Assembly: GCA_965263355.1 (NCBI GenBank)
Contig: CBDHHL010000056.1
Location: 1,536,001-1,600,000, forward strand
From: Leptolyngbyaceae cyanobacterium
Lineage (GTDB): Bacteria; Cyanobacteriota; Cyanobacteriia; Phormidesmidales; Phormidesmidaceae
Direction of reading: 5' to 3'
Length of the DNA: 64,000 nucleotides
Part shown: positions 39,412 through 49,968 of the stretch, one piece after another
How positions within the stretch are numbered: the stretch's first letter is position 1
Layout: the number at the start of each line of letters is the position of its first letter
Notes under the pieces: model-generated
The model's database searches: none
What the model was told of the DNA's origin: nothing
Seen by the model: the letters and a program-made list of their open reading frames with translations, nothing else
Made by a program: the position numbers and the translations under genes

Positions 39412-41898
39412 CTAACTTCCTCTCAATTCAGAACGTTTCCAGGCCAAGCGATTTACCAGTGGTTCAGTCATAATTCGCACGTAACCATACTTATACGCTA
39501 ATAAAATTCCAACGGTTCCCACTAATGCGAGTAAGGCCGGGACAAATGGCACCCATACCCCCTGCACTAGCATCACAAGACAAATCTGACGTAGGCCCAG
39601 GATAATAACAACTCCCACACCGACAACAACAATTACTGAACGAACACGCCAGACAAGCAGCCCTCCAACCATAGCCCACCCCAATATCCATAGCATATCG
39701 CCCCATTGCCACTGACCTAATTGGGGCAATGCCGAGATCAGAGGGCGGTCGTCCAAAACAGCCCCCAGCACCTGACTGATCCCATGGGCATGAATCCATA
39801 CCCCAGGCAATTCCCCATAGGGGGTATCACGATAATCATTGCCAATGGGATCGGTAACCCCGATAAGGACAATGCGATCGCGAATAATGCCGTCGTCAAT
39901 CTGCCCTTCTAACAAGTCAGTCAGACTAATGCGCTGGGCAGGCTGGGGGGTAAAGCGATAATTCAACAGAATTTGGCTGCTTTGACCATCCAACTGTTGA
40001 TAGCCAACCGTACGTTTTGCTAGGCGATTAAACGTCACTGGGCCCAACTGCCAATTTTGCTCTGCATTACTATTGAGCGTTTGCCCCCCTTCTGCCCTGA
40101 GATACCGCAGGGCCAGATTTAAACTCAAACTGTAGGGTGTAGAACAGTCCGATGAAACAGGCCCCAAATGAGGATCGTAGGAAAGGAGATGGCGACGCAC
40201 GATGGAACGCCCCGGATGAAACCGGTCATCGGTTTCTAAATCACTAAACCCAACCTGTTGTTGCGCCTGCTCAGAAGAAAACTCAGGCGGATGTCCCAGA
40301 ATCTCTCGATCATCTTGATCAAAGGAACAAACTGTCACTATGTTGGGTGATTTCTCAAATTGCTCCAGCAGGTCTGACCGTCCTGGTGCATTCACCTGGT
40401 AGCGGTGCATATCCACCCCAATTGCTCTTGGTTGACCCTGTTGGAGTCTCTCTAAGACTTCTGCCAAGGTAGCATCCCTGATCGGATAACCATAATTATC
40501 CGTATCATCTTGACCGATTTCTACCATCAGCAAGCGCTGATCAATCTGGGGCTGTTCCCAGTTAACAGGGCGAGAACGGACTAAGTGGTCATAGTTCCGG
40601 AGTTCTGGTCCCTGTAACAGCCCTAAAGTTCTCACCCCGACAATGGAAAGAGTAACCGCCACACTTGTTATCAGCAGATGACGTAAGTTAACAATAGACG
40701 GTCGAGGAATAGGAGGCGCAGGTGGTGGTGGCACTACCGGTCGCCGTTGACCGACCACCGACAGCGGCGGTCGATGCAGCGGCTCCGATGTCTTTGCCCA
40801 TGTAATCGGAACTTCGGTTGGATTTTGAAAAATAACTGGTAACCAGCTGGCACCAGGGTATTGGCTATCTAACCCCTGAAGTTTTTCCCTGGCGGATCTG
40901 ACGGCTGTATAAAATGGCTCGCCACGGGAGAAAATCTGCAAAAAGCTCTGTAAGAAGTGATGGGCCACAGGATCCACCACCGGCTCTCTCATCACAATCA
41001 TCTGAGGAAAATTGAGCGCCGTTAAGTCCCGCGCAATTTCCATGCCATCACATGAATTAAAAATAGCGAGTTTTAAGCCTCGGTTGATCGATGCTTTGAG
41101 GGCATGTCTCAACTGATCAACCGATAATTGTTCATCCGGATTTAGAAACAGCTGCCCCCTGAGTTTTCCGCCTATGTCTACGGCCTGACTCGTACTATGC
41201 CCAGCAAAAAAGAGAATATCCCAGCCTTTTTCATCCCATAGATAACGATCTAATTCTGCACGCTTTGGTTCTTTAAGAACAACCGTTTCAGCATCTGCAT
41301 CTTCGATCATTAACCGATCGAGTTGGGTATTAATCCCCTCACTATGGCCCAAAACAACTAAAATCCGCATTGGTCCCACTGTTCTCACAGGCAATGCATG
41401 GGACCGCTCATAGTCCTGCGCACTTAGGGCCATTTCCGCTTTGGGATAATGTTCAAAAAACTGCCAAAGATGCCAGGGCAGCTTTTGTAACAGGGGATCC
41501 TCAGTTTCAATGATGACCCGAATACTCTCGTTAGGGACCAGTTGCGTACGTAACTGCTGGTCAATATTACGAAACCCGGCTGAGTTTAGCCAATGATCGA
41601 TTTCCTCTTTGAGTTGCTCACACAGCTTACGAAATTCAGCCCTGGAAATATTTGTCAGGGCATCTGTTTCAAATTCGATGGTGCTAGCCGCAGACATGCG
41701 ATAACCAAAGGGATTATTAAGGGCTTCGTACAACGATTGCCACCGTTGATAAAGCTTAACCAGTCGTTCTGCAACAGGCAACGTTCCACCATACTGGAGC
41801 GGAACTTGACTATCTTCTAGCCAAAGCCGCACAACAACATTATTTAAGCCGACCTGGCAATTTCCTGCACCTAAGTTTAAGACGACAAGTGGATTCAT
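39412..41898 (-). CDS. CHAT-CHASE2 transmembrane receptor protease
   Basis: N-terminal CHAT domain (LPWHLW, FFAGHS, IFNSCDG, MREPV), a TM helix, CHASE2 (AIGVDMHR, VGFSD, VLIGVT, PGVWIHAH) and three C-terminal TMs. Confidence 0.92.
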   Translation of the reverse strand: MNPLVVLNLGAGNCQVGLNNVVVRLWLEDSQVPLQYGGTLPVAERLVKLYQRWQSLYEALNNPFGYRMSAASTIEFETDALTNISRAEFRKLCEQLKEEIDHWLNSAGFRNIDQQLRTQLVPNESIRVIIETEDPLLQKLPWHLWQFFEHYPKAEMALSAQDYERSHALPVRTVGPMRILVVLGHSEGINTQLDRLMIEDADAETVVLKEPKRAELDRYLWDEKGWDILFFAGHSTSQAVDIGGKLRGQLFLNPDEQLSVDQLRHALKASINRGLKLAIFNSCDGMEIARDLTALNFPQMIVMREPVVDPVAHHFLQSFLQIFSRGEPFYTAVRSAREKLQGLDSQYPGASWLPVIFQNPTEVPITWAKTSEPLHRPPLSVVGQRRPVVPPPPAPPIPRPSIVNLRHLLITSVAVTLSIVGVRTLGLLQGPELRNYDHLVRSRPVNWEQPQIDQRLLMVEIGQDDTDNYGYPIRDATLAEVLERLQQGQPRAIGVDMHRYQVNAPGRSDLLEQFEKSPNIVTVCSFDQDDREILGHPPEFSSEQAQQQVGFSDLETDDRFHPGRSIVRRHLLSYDPHLGPVSSDCSTPYSLSLNLALRYLRAEGGQTLNSNAEQNWQLGPVTFNRLAKRTVGYQQLDGQSSQILLNYRFTPQPAQRISLTDLLEGQIDDGIIRDRIVLIGVTDPIGNDYRDTPYGELPGVWIHAHGISQVLGAVLDDRPLISALPQLGQWQWGDMLWILGWAMVGGLLVWRVRSVIVVVGVGVVIILGLRQICLVMLVQGVWVPFVPALLALVGTVGILLAYKYGYVRIMTEPLVNRLAWKRSELRGS

Positions 41899-41918
41899 GG
41901 GGGCATCTTAGAGCATCG

Positions 41919-43118
41919 TTAAACCGAGAAGGTTTCACTAAAGGTGTCATCGCTAAGGGTTATTTGCAGCCGAAACTGGGTCCCTGGAAAACACCTGAAG
42001 TGGGGCAACCGCATATAATCTTCTTGAGTACGGGCTTGAACAGACTGCAGCATTTCGTCATCTTGGGAATAAATAGAGAGGACCAGGTCAGTCGGTACAT
42101 GGTGATCCGCAACGGCGGGATGCACCTGCACACGCACACCCATACGGCCATCAGTCTCTGTATTTAGCACCATTAGTAATGCTACCGTTTGGGGCTCCAG
42201 TTCTGCATTTAATGTAATGAACTTAACCCTTGGGGCACAAAATCCTTTATCGTGCTTGGCGCGTCGTAAATTATGGGCTAAAGCTGGATGGCCAGCCCCC
42301 AGCAAAGCTTCCAGAGATTGCCATTCGTCTGCAAACAGGTCTTTAAGCCAATGACCAAGGTTGGTATTGGCCCTGGTCAGCTCAAGGCTAGACTGAGCTG
42401 GAGCCAAACGACTTTGATAAAGCTGCTGCCGCCAGTCTTCACGCTGGAGGATGGCTCCCCAACGTTCAAATGGGAGCGCTAGTCTCGGAAATACACTAGC
42501 GAGTTGAATTAACTGCTGTAGGGTCTGATCTGCCTGGGCAGCGGATAGGCTGGGTAACGGCTGAACCCTGGCCCGCGTGTCAGCATCTGGACATAATTGA
42601 TGGGTCGTCCAGAAGGCATTGAGATCACGGTTAAGGCTCTGGCCTGGTAAACAGTAGGTGCGATCGCACGGATCATAATCGGCCTGCTGTTTAAGGCACT
42701 GATGGGTGGTATACCCCCAAACCCGCAACCAGCAATTTTCTAAATCAATCTGAATCGCTAAATAATAATCGGCTGCCCACTGGGGGATATCCACCCATTC
42801 CTGGGGCACATCCAATCCATCCGTATCCAGGGTGTCCATGGGCAGGATAACCAATCGAGTAGCGTCCACCATCAGGCCGCTCCCCCCCACAATTTCCCAA
42901 ATGCTCGGTAAACTCTGCAGCTGAGGCCATGGCAATGCGGTAACGGCATATTCCTGCTGAAACCAGGGTAGAAAAACCCGCAGACACAGCAAGTTGAGAT
43001 AGACCTCCTGACGTCGCGTGGCGGTAGCCAGCGCTTGGCTCTCTTGCCAACACTGGGTTTGAATATCGGATGGGATTTCTAGCCACCATTCGGTCGGCTG
43101 AGCAAATGCGAGACTCAT
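41919..43118 (-). CDS. DUF1822-family protein
   Basis: YLNLLCL..FLPW, SIWEIVGG, VPQEWVDIPQWAADYYLAIQ, VWGYTTH. Confidence 0.88.
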   Translation of the reverse strand: MSLAFAQPTEWWLEIPSDIQTQCWQESQALATATRRQEVYLNLLCLRVFLPWFQQEYAVTALPWPQLQSLPSIWEIVGGSGLMVDATRLVILPMDTLDTDGLDVPQEWVDIPQWAADYYLAIQIDLENCWLRVWGYTTHQCLKQQADYDPCDRTYCLPGQSLNRDLNAFWTTHQLCPDADTRARVQPLPSLSAAQADQTLQQLIQLASVFPRLALPFERWGAILQREDWRQQLYQSRLAPAQSSLELTRANTNLGHWLKDLFADEWQSLEALLGAGHPALAHNLRRAKHDKGFCAPRVKFITLNAELEPQTVALLMVLNTETDGRMGVRVQVHPAVADHHVPTDLVLSIYSQDDEMLQSVQARTQEDYMRLPHFRCFPGTQFRLQITLSDDTFSETFSV

Positions 43119-43147
43119 AGGAGTAACTCTATTCTTAGAAACGGTAA

Positions 43148-44362
43148 TTAATTTATGTCCTGTGTATCCTGATTGCGATAGTTAACCGTCAACCATTCCT
43201 CTAGTGCAACACTCATACTGGCTATTAGGTCTGGAGACAGGGAAGTATGCATCGTTTGCATCTCGTCTGCCAAGGCAGACAGCAAACCCTCTCGGATGCG
43301 GTTTAGGCGGCGAGAAACGGTGTACTGCTTCAGGTTTAGCTGCTGGGCAATCTGTACCTGGGTAAGTCCATCATGGTAATAAAGCGACAAGATTAACCGT
43401 TTTTCAGGGGGTAATTGAGCGATCTCAGCTGCTAGCAATTCGTTGACCTGATTTTGCTGCCGTTGGCGCTGCTGGAGTTCCTCTAGCTGAATGATTGAGG
43501 CCATCAAAGATGACTGGGATGGGTCTGGCAAAAAATCCTGTAATTCGCCCATGTCACGGTTTGGCGCTGGCAAATTTAAGGAACGAACCGATGGATACAT
43601 GTATTCTCGAATCCACTCAGCACATTGGATTAAACGCTGCTTTAGGGCCTCTGGTGTCAGGGCAGGCCCTGGCTCAGAAAGTTGGGTTAAACGCTCGGTA
43701 TTGTAAAGGGTGGCGACTCGATCCCACTGCTGCTGATCCGGTGCCTTCAGTTTACGGGACGGTTTTTGGCCATAGCCATAGAGGGTTTTATAGCACAGCC
43801 AGGCCAGGCGATACTGGGCCATGGCCGTCATCGATACCCCGGCATAGCCAAGCGCCTCTACCATGCGCTGCTTACTCACCCGACGCAGTAACGTCCACCC
43901 TGAACAAATATCAACCTCGTGGTGCTGTCGCAGGATATCCCTAATTAAAGAACTATAGGCAATGCGGGCATAGCCCTTGAGGCTGGCACCCCGCTGGGGA
44001 TCATAGCCTGCCAAAATTTTTTTGTTTTCAATACTCACCAGTTGAAAACAGTCGGATAAACCGTAGGACGTATTGCTTAAAAAACCGCTTACTTTTTGCA
44101 CAGACCAGTAGCAAGCTTCCTGTAAATACGCCGATAAATGCCTCAGGGCAATAGTATCTGACTGCTTTTTCCAGCGTGTATGCCAGTAAAGCACCCAGCT
44201 ATCCTCTAACGGGGATAGCTCAGATAGATGGGCCTTGTGTAATTGCAAATTGCGACGCAGCTTATTGTCTATTATCCAACGGTTAAAGTGATCTGCTCGA
44301 AATTCAATAAATGTTGAAAAGATTTCGATCAGGCTCTGTCGAGAATACATATATGAGTTCAA
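43148..44362 (-). CDS. Alternative sigma-70-family RNA polymerase sigma factor
   Basis: HLSAYLQEACYW, YDPQRGASLKGYA (region 2-like) and LYYHDGLTQVQIAQQLNLKQYTVSRRL (region 4 HTH); ATG at 44350 is an alternative start. Confidence 0.87.
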   Translation of the reverse strand: MNSYMYSRQSLIEIFSTFIEFRADHFNRWIIDNKLRRNLQLHKAHLSELSPLEDSWVLYWHTRWKKQSDTIALRHLSAYLQEACYWSVQKVSGFLSNTSYGLSDCFQLVSIENKKILAGYDPQRGASLKGYARIAYSSLIRDILRQHHEVDICSGWTLLRRVSKQRMVEALGYAGVSMTAMAQYRLAWLCYKTLYGYGQKPSRKLKAPDQQQWDRVATLYNTERLTQLSEPGPALTPEALKQRLIQCAEWIREYMYPSVRSLNLPAPNRDMGELQDFLPDPSQSSLMASIIQLEELQQRQRQQNQVNELLAAEIAQLPPEKRLILSLYYHDGLTQVQIAQQLNLKQYTVSRRLNRIREGLLSALADEMQTMHTSLSPDLIASMSVALEEWLTVNYRNQDTQDIN

Positions 44363-44598
44363 AAGGAGCCTTAAGGAACGCTGGGATCAATTATGGTAGA
44401 CCTACGCCAGAATAGATAGAGGCAGTTAACGATGTAAAATCTACAACCTATGACTTTGGGCTAAGCCATCTGCTCTAAATGCGTCACACACCCTAAGGGG
44501 TAACATAACGAACTAAGCAGGCTCTAGACAATATTCAGTTAAACTTTGCTTGAATTACTCAAATCATCCAAAATCCTGGTTAATAGCTTCAGGTATCC

Positions 44599-44626
44599 CA
44601 GGGCTGGCAAAAGGCACAGCCCCTAC
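44599..44626 (-). repeat. GTAG-type REP-like hairpin
   Basis: Minus strand reads GTAGGGGCTGTGCCTTTTGCCAGCCCTG. Confidence 0.55.
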
Positions 44627-44661
44627 AAGGGGATTTATTTACCTTTCACGACTCACCCCCT

Positions 44662-47580
44662 CTAAAGTTCGGCTTCTAAATCCCGCAGAATAGTTTCCCC
44701 GCCAGACTGTTGAGGATTAAAAATTGCCTGTAACGATTGCTCTAATGTTTCTCCCATCGCAATCCGGTTTTGATAGGCCACAATCACACGAGCCAAAATC
44801 GGTAATCGATTTTGTTCCGCCTCCAGATAAAGGGGTTCAACATATAGCAATGAATCTTCGATTGGAATGACCAGTAGATTGCCTTGCTTGGCACGGGACC
44901 CCTGGGTATTCCAAAGAGAAATGCGCTGAGAGATTTCCGGGTCTTGATTAATCCGGGCTTCAATTTGCTCGGGACCATACACCAGTTCCTGTTTTGGGAA
45001 ACGATAGAGCAATATGCGGCCATATTGATTACCGTCGGAACGGGCCGCTAACCAGGCAATCAAATTGTTGCGCTGGGATGGTGTAAACGGACGTAGTAAA
45101 ACAAACTCTTCTTCATCCTCCTGGGGCAGTTTCATAATCAAATAATAGGGCTCTACCACCTGGGACTCATTGGCATAGATTTCATTGGGAGCCCGCCAGG
45201 TATCTTCTCGGTTGTAAAAAATACGAGGATCAGTCATGTGGTAGACCAACAACTGATCGGATTGCACCAGGGAGTAATCTTCGGGGTAGCGGATATGGGC
45301 AACCAGGGCCGGTGGCATGGCGTCTAAAGGTTGCAGCATGCTAGGAAATAGCTGCGCCCAGGTTTGAATAATGGGATCGGTGGCATCAGCAATGTAAAAG
45401 GAAACCGAACCGTTGTAAGCATCCACCACCACCTTGATCGAGTTACGAATGTAGTTAAACGTCTGCCCGCCAGGATCTGAGTAGGGATAGCGATCGCTAG
45501 TGGTATAGGCATCAATGATCCAGTAGAGATAGTTACCCTCTGAATCAATCGGATTAGAACTATCGGAGGCCGCTTGGGCATTAGCATCAGCTACCACTAA
45601 ATAGGGATCGCTATCAAAGCGAAGAAACGGGGCAATTTGCTTTACCCTAGCTTGAATATTTCGGCGAAATAACAATTTTGTATCCGTTGTAAAATCATTG
45701 GCAAACAACATTTGCCAGTCGCCCAGATGCTTGGCATAGAGTAATCGCTGCCATAAACTCCCCAAGCTAATGCCAGCGTTGCCAGCATAGGTGGTATACA
45801 CATTGTCATTTTCTCCCGGATAATCCAGTTCAGGCACCCGTGTACCGGTCATAATATAGTTGTTGGTTAGCTCGCCAAAATAAATGCGGGGCTGACCGAT
45901 GGGAATGCTGCGGGCAACATCTTCATTAGTGGGAAGATGGGCAATACCTTTAATAAAATAATCGGGCAGTCCACCAATGGCAGCTGTATTCACTGGGCTC
46001 ATGGTAAACCCATAGCCATGGGTATAGCTCAAATGTTTATTGACCCAGGTTTTGGCAGTATCTTCCAGTTGTTCATAGTTGAGTTCACGGGCCGAGATCA
46101 GCACCTGCCGACGTTCGGTGGTACCGTCTGCTTTAGTTAGGGTATAGCGATCCACATCGGCGTCAGCAAATTCATAGTACAGGCGAATCTGTTGCAGCTG
46201 TCGATTACTTTCCAACAGGGGGCGTGTGTCCCAAACACGGATATTGCGCACCGTCAGATCGTTATCGCTTAATTTGTCGGCTGTCAGATTATAGTTTGGG
46301 TCAAAACTCTCGTCTTGGATATCGCTCAGGTTAAACGCATCACGGGTAAATTTGATCGCTCGCTCAATGTAGGGACGCTCTCTTTGAAATTCGTTAGGTT
46401 GTACAATTAACTGCTGTACTAGCCAGGGTGCGAGGGTTTCACCGATGAGAGCAACGGTCAAATAGGTGCCAATGAGAAGCATAAATGAGGGCATGCGCAA
46501 CCGTGATTGATGTTTGCTAAACCCAAAGAGAGATCGACCAAAGGCTACAACTACCAGGCTCAGGGTGATCATACTCAGGACCGTTTGTACGGGTAAGTCC
46601 ACCATGAAATCGGTGTAGCTGGCTCCATAGGTCACCCCCTGACGAGAGTACAGTAACTCGTAACGGTTGAGCCAATGGCTCATGCTGGTGGTCAGCAGTA
46701 GCCCCCCGGAGAGAATGTAGAGGTGTCGCTGCTGTGGGGCTGAAAACCCAAGAAAACGTCCCTGACTCAGACTTTTACCGGCAAGTAAATAAACTAAAGC
46801 GACGGCTCCTAAGGTAAATAGAAATAACCCTGAGAGCCAGAATTCTGCTAACTCTAGAACGGGTAACCGGAAAATGTAAAAGCTAATGTCTTGTTGAAAC
46901 AGCGGATCAATTTGCTCAAAACTGGTGGGATTCAACGCAGGCAAGACGCGCGACCACTGAGCCCCCAATACCAGGCTAAAGCTAAGGCTCAAGATTAAGG
47001 CTGCGATCGCACTCCCCATCCCTGGATAGATCAACACCCCCAACATAATCACCAGCAGTAGGCCACCCTGCCAGGGCTGAGCGATTAGCTGCTGGACAAT
47101 GTGCCACCCTGTATCCACATTTAGCCATAGGGGCAATGTGGGCAGCGGTTCAGCTACATTCGAATGCCAACGGCTCAGGGCAAGTTGACTATGGTACAGC
47201 AACGATATGGAAACCACCGTGGCTAACCCAATGGCCAGGGGCAACAACCGCCCCAGTCCAATCCCCCGGCGGCGATTTTCAACACTGGGAACAATGCAAT
47301 AGTCATCAAAGCTCAGCTGCCTCGCTCGCCATAGGTTAATGCCAGCAAACAGCAAACTGCCCAGAAATGTAATTGCCCCGAGGCCAATCTGGGTACGTAG
47401 CCGTAGCCAGAATGCGTCAAGATAGTTGACAGACTGAAACCATAGGCCTTCCGCTGCAAAATACGTGAGGATGTCTAAACTCAGGAAAAGTGCGATCGCA
47501 ATCAGTCCCCAGGTCCAGTAAACTCCCGCAGATTTTTGTGAGCTTTTCCGTTGCTGCCCTTGCAAAATCGCCATTGCCAA
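44662..47580 (-). CDS. UPF0182-family membrane protein
   Basis: Multi-TM N-terminus, DPLFQQDISFYIFRLP, NIRVWD...QLQQIRLYYEF, YTHGYG, NYIRNSIK, GNLLVIPI. Confidence 0.92.
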   Translation of the reverse strand: MAMAILQGQQRKSSQKSAGVYWTWGLIAIALFLSLDILTYFAAEGLWFQSVNYLDAFWLRLRTQIGLGAITFLGSLLFAGINLWRARQLSFDDYCIVPSVENRRRGIGLGRLLPLAIGLATVVSISLLYHSQLALSRWHSNVAEPLPTLPLWLNVDTGWHIVQQLIAQPWQGGLLLVIMLGVLIYPGMGSAIAALILSLSFSLVLGAQWSRVLPALNPTSFEQIDPLFQQDISFYIFRLPVLELAEFWLSGLFLFTLGAVALVYLLAGKSLSQGRFLGFSAPQQRHLYILSGGLLLTTSMSHWLNRYELLYSRQGVTYGASYTDFMVDLPVQTVLSMITLSLVVVAFGRSLFGFSKHQSRLRMPSFMLLIGTYLTVALIGETLAPWLVQQLIVQPNEFQRERPYIERAIKFTRDAFNLSDIQDESFDPNYNLTADKLSDNDLTVRNIRVWDTRPLLESNRQLQQIRLYYEFADADVDRYTLTKADGTTERRQVLISARELNYEQLEDTAKTWVNKHLSYTHGYGFTMSPVNTAAIGGLPDYFIKGIAHLPTNEDVARSIPIGQPRIYFGELTNNYIMTGTRVPELDYPGENDNVYTTYAGNAGISLGSLWQRLLYAKHLGDWQMLFANDFTTDTKLLFRRNIQARVKQIAPFLRFDSDPYLVVADANAQAASDSSNPIDSEGNYLYWIIDAYTTSDRYPYSDPGGQTFNYIRNSIKVVVDAYNGSVSFYIADATDPIIQTWAQLFPSMLQPLDAMPPALVAHIRYPEDYSLVQSDQLLVYHMTDPRIFYNREDTWRAPNEIYANESQVVEPYYLIMKLPQEDEEEFVLLRPFTPSQRNNLIAWLAARSDGNQYGRILLYRFPKQELVYGPEQIEARINQDPEISQRISLWNTQGSRAKQGNLLVIPIEDSLLYVEPLYLEAEQNRLPILARVIVAYQNRIAMGETLEQSLQAIFNPQQSGGETILRDLEAEL

Positions 47581-47700
47581 TCAAGATATGTCAGGATTCC
47601 GTCAATCTATACTAGCGTTCTGTTAAGACTAGGATTTCGACTACAACGGCGAGTTCGCCACTCACTACCCCACACGGGAATTGTTTTAGAGAGAGCTGTT

Positions 47701-48705
47701 CTAAAGCAGTTGAAATATGGTACCCATAAACCAGACATAGAGCATGATAAAGAGCCACCCTTCCCAAGTTGTAATCTTGTTATCCTGAACTACAAAGAAC
47801 ATGAGCAGCGACGCTGCCAGTAGTGTAGGCACGCTATAGGTCAAGATGGTATCCGCAACCGGTAGCGGTGAAATCATCCCTGGAATACCCACTACTACAA
47901 ATATATTAAAAATATTAGAACCAACAACATTTCCCACCGCCAGCTCTGCTTTATCCTTAAGTGCTGCATTGATAGTTACCATCAGTTCTGGCAGCGAAGT
48001 TCCAATAGCAACCGCACTGATGGCAATAATCTCTTTCCCTATATTCAGGCGGTCAGAGATTTTGATTAACGCATCAATGGTGTAGTTGGCCCCTAGAAAG
48101 ATAAAAATTCCACTCGCCAACAAGATGAGACAATACCTGACAATTTGAGCAGAACGATTAGATATCTGAGAAACTGGCTCAGTGTTATTCGACGTCTGAC
48201 TGTCTTCTTCACTGCTTTTAAGCACATAGAACAGATAGACAATATAACCAATAAAAAGGATCAGCGCCTCACCACGCGTAAACTGCTGCTTCGATGTCCC
48301 CATCAAGGCAAACAAAAACGCTGACCCAACAAACAAGGGCAAATCCACACTGACCAGGTTATACATCACCCGTAAGAGTTTCCTGCTCATAATGGCAGCC
48401 ACCCCCACCACCAAACAAATATTGGCGATATTGGAACCAATCACATTGCTGGCCACGACTTCTGAGGCACCTTGAAAAATACCAAACAGCGACGACAATA
48501 ACTCCGGCAGCGATGTGCCCATGGATACAATCGTGACGCCTACAATAAATGGCGGTAGACCAATGACCAGCCCCAGTTTTTCAGCAGCATTCGTAAAAAA
48601 ATCTGACGCAAGTATTAATGCAGTCAAGCCAACGACGAAAATTAATAGAAGGAGCGGCAAAGAATCCATAGACAAAGACGCATAAGTATTGATTGTCCGA
48701 CTCAC
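47701..48705 (-). CDS. Calcium/sodium antiporter (YrbG/CaCA family)
   Basis: Two alpha repeats GTSLPEL...GSNIAN and GTSLPEL...GSNIFN; ATG at 48669 is an alternative start. Confidence 0.93.
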   Translation of the reverse strand: MSRTINTYASLSMDSLPLLLLIFVVGLTALILASDFFTNAAEKLGLVIGLPPFIVGVTIVSMGTSLPELLSSLFGIFQGASEVVASNVIGSNIANICLVVGVAAIMSRKLLRVMYNLVSVDLPLFVGSAFLFALMGTSKQQFTRGEALILFIGYIVYLFYVLKSSEEDSQTSNNTEPVSQISNRSAQIVRYCLILLASGIFIFLGANYTIDALIKISDRLNIGKEIIAISAVAIGTSLPELMVTINAALKDKAELAVGNVVGSNIFNIFVVVGIPGMISPLPVADTILTYSVPTLLAASLLMFFVVQDNKITTWEGWLFIMLYVWFMGTIFQLL

Positions 48706-49032
48706 AATCCTATCGAAGATGCCTGATGGTAACCTAAAAATGGTTCAAAATTACTAAAAAACTAGGACCGTTCTGGATAACGAAAAGTCGCGCGACAAAC
48801 CATTAAAGCCTTAGAGTTAGCGACAGTCAGAATCCTGGAAACTGGTGCAAACCTGAAGGCTGTGGGAAGCTAGGAACAGTGTCCCAGGCCCGTACATTAA
48901 GACTTTTTCGAGCAAGTTTTACAACGCCTTGAACAAATCGAACAGCAGCTTCACTCTGCCAACAGAAATCCACAATAATCTAGGGAAGCATGTCGCAGTA
49001 ATGGTGAGAGGTGTGGAGTACTCGCTTTAAAG

Positions 49033-49165
49033 CTACCGTGTATACACAACTGGAAGATTATTAGCATTGAGCATGACAAGCAGCGGTTCCCCTTGGCAGG
49101 CTATTTGAAAACCATTCAATCTTAAGAGTTTTAGCCATTCTCTCTGACTTATGTATACACCGTAG
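49033..49165. mobile_element. 133-bp MITE with CTAC-ended inverted repeats and a 10-bp target duplication
   Basis: Left end CTACCGTGTATACACAA and right end (reverse complement) CTACGGTGTATACATAA match at 15/17; flanks are CGCTTTAAAG (49023-49032) and TGCTTTAAAG (49166-49175). Confidence 0.82.
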
Positions 49166-49234
49166 TGCTTTAAAGGGATAACCAATTTAGGATCTTAGGT
49201 ATCTCAGTAACTTCAAGTCTCATTTTCTAAACCT

Positions 49235-49894
49235 ATGCTTGCCGCTAATCAGCGTCAGAAACTTGACGAATCGAACGATGCTTTGTTTTACGAATATCCC
49301 CGCTTTGTCAACCATGTTGATGAGCGCTTTATTGAGCAGCTAACTGAGTTATATCAGGAACGGCTTCAACCGAATAGCTGCATTTTAGACCTGATGAGCA
49401 GCTGGGTATCCCATCTACCCTCCGAGATGGACTTTGCCCGCGTGGCAGGCCATGGCATGAACGCTGAAGAACTGGCTAAAAATCCAAGGCTAGACAGTTA
49501 CGTTGTTCAAAATCTAAACGAAAACCAGGCCCTACCGTTTGCAGACCGAACCTTTGATGCTGTGCTCAACACCGTTTCTGTGCAGTACTTGCAGCAGCCT
49601 GAAGCTGTCTTTGCTGAGGTTTACCGCGTGCTGAAACCCGGTGGCATTGCCATTGTCAGCTTTTCTAATCGCATGTTTTACCAAAAAGCGATCGCAGCCT
49701 GGCGAGACAGCAGCGACGCCAATCACATCGCCCTGGTTAAACGCTACTTTGAGTCAGTCAAAGGCTTTAGCCAGCCCGAAGTCATCGCCAATCAGGGGCC
49801 ACCCATCAATCCAATTTTGCAAATGATGGGTATGGCCAGCAATGACCCGTTTTATGCCGTGATTGCAGAACGGATGGAAGTTTTGGTGGGTTAA
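49235..49894 (+). CDS. Class I SAM-dependent methyltransferase
   Basis: FYEYPRFVNHVD, ILDLMSSWVSHLP, VSVQYL, RVLKPGG, FSNRMF. Confidence 0.88.
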   Translation: MLAANQRQKLDESNDALFYEYPRFVNHVDERFIEQLTELYQERLQPNSCILDLMSSWVSHLPSEMDFARVAGHGMNAEELAKNPRLDSYVVQNLNENQALPFADRTFDAVLNTVSVQYLQQPEAVFAEVYRVLKPGGIAIVSFSNRMFYQKAIAAWRDSSDANHIALVKRYFESVKGFSQPEVIANQGPPINPILQMMGMASNDPFYAVIAERMEVLVG

Positions 49895-49968
49895 AGTACC
49901 CACCTACGCAATTACTTCAACATACGAACTCATCAAATACGGGAATACTGGGGCGGCAAACTCCTTCT

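Noticed and set aside
48900..48980. Frame DFFEQVLQRLEQIEQQLHSANRNPQ* as a small gene
   Set aside because: Too short and without a start codon; at most a remnant that cannot be assigned.
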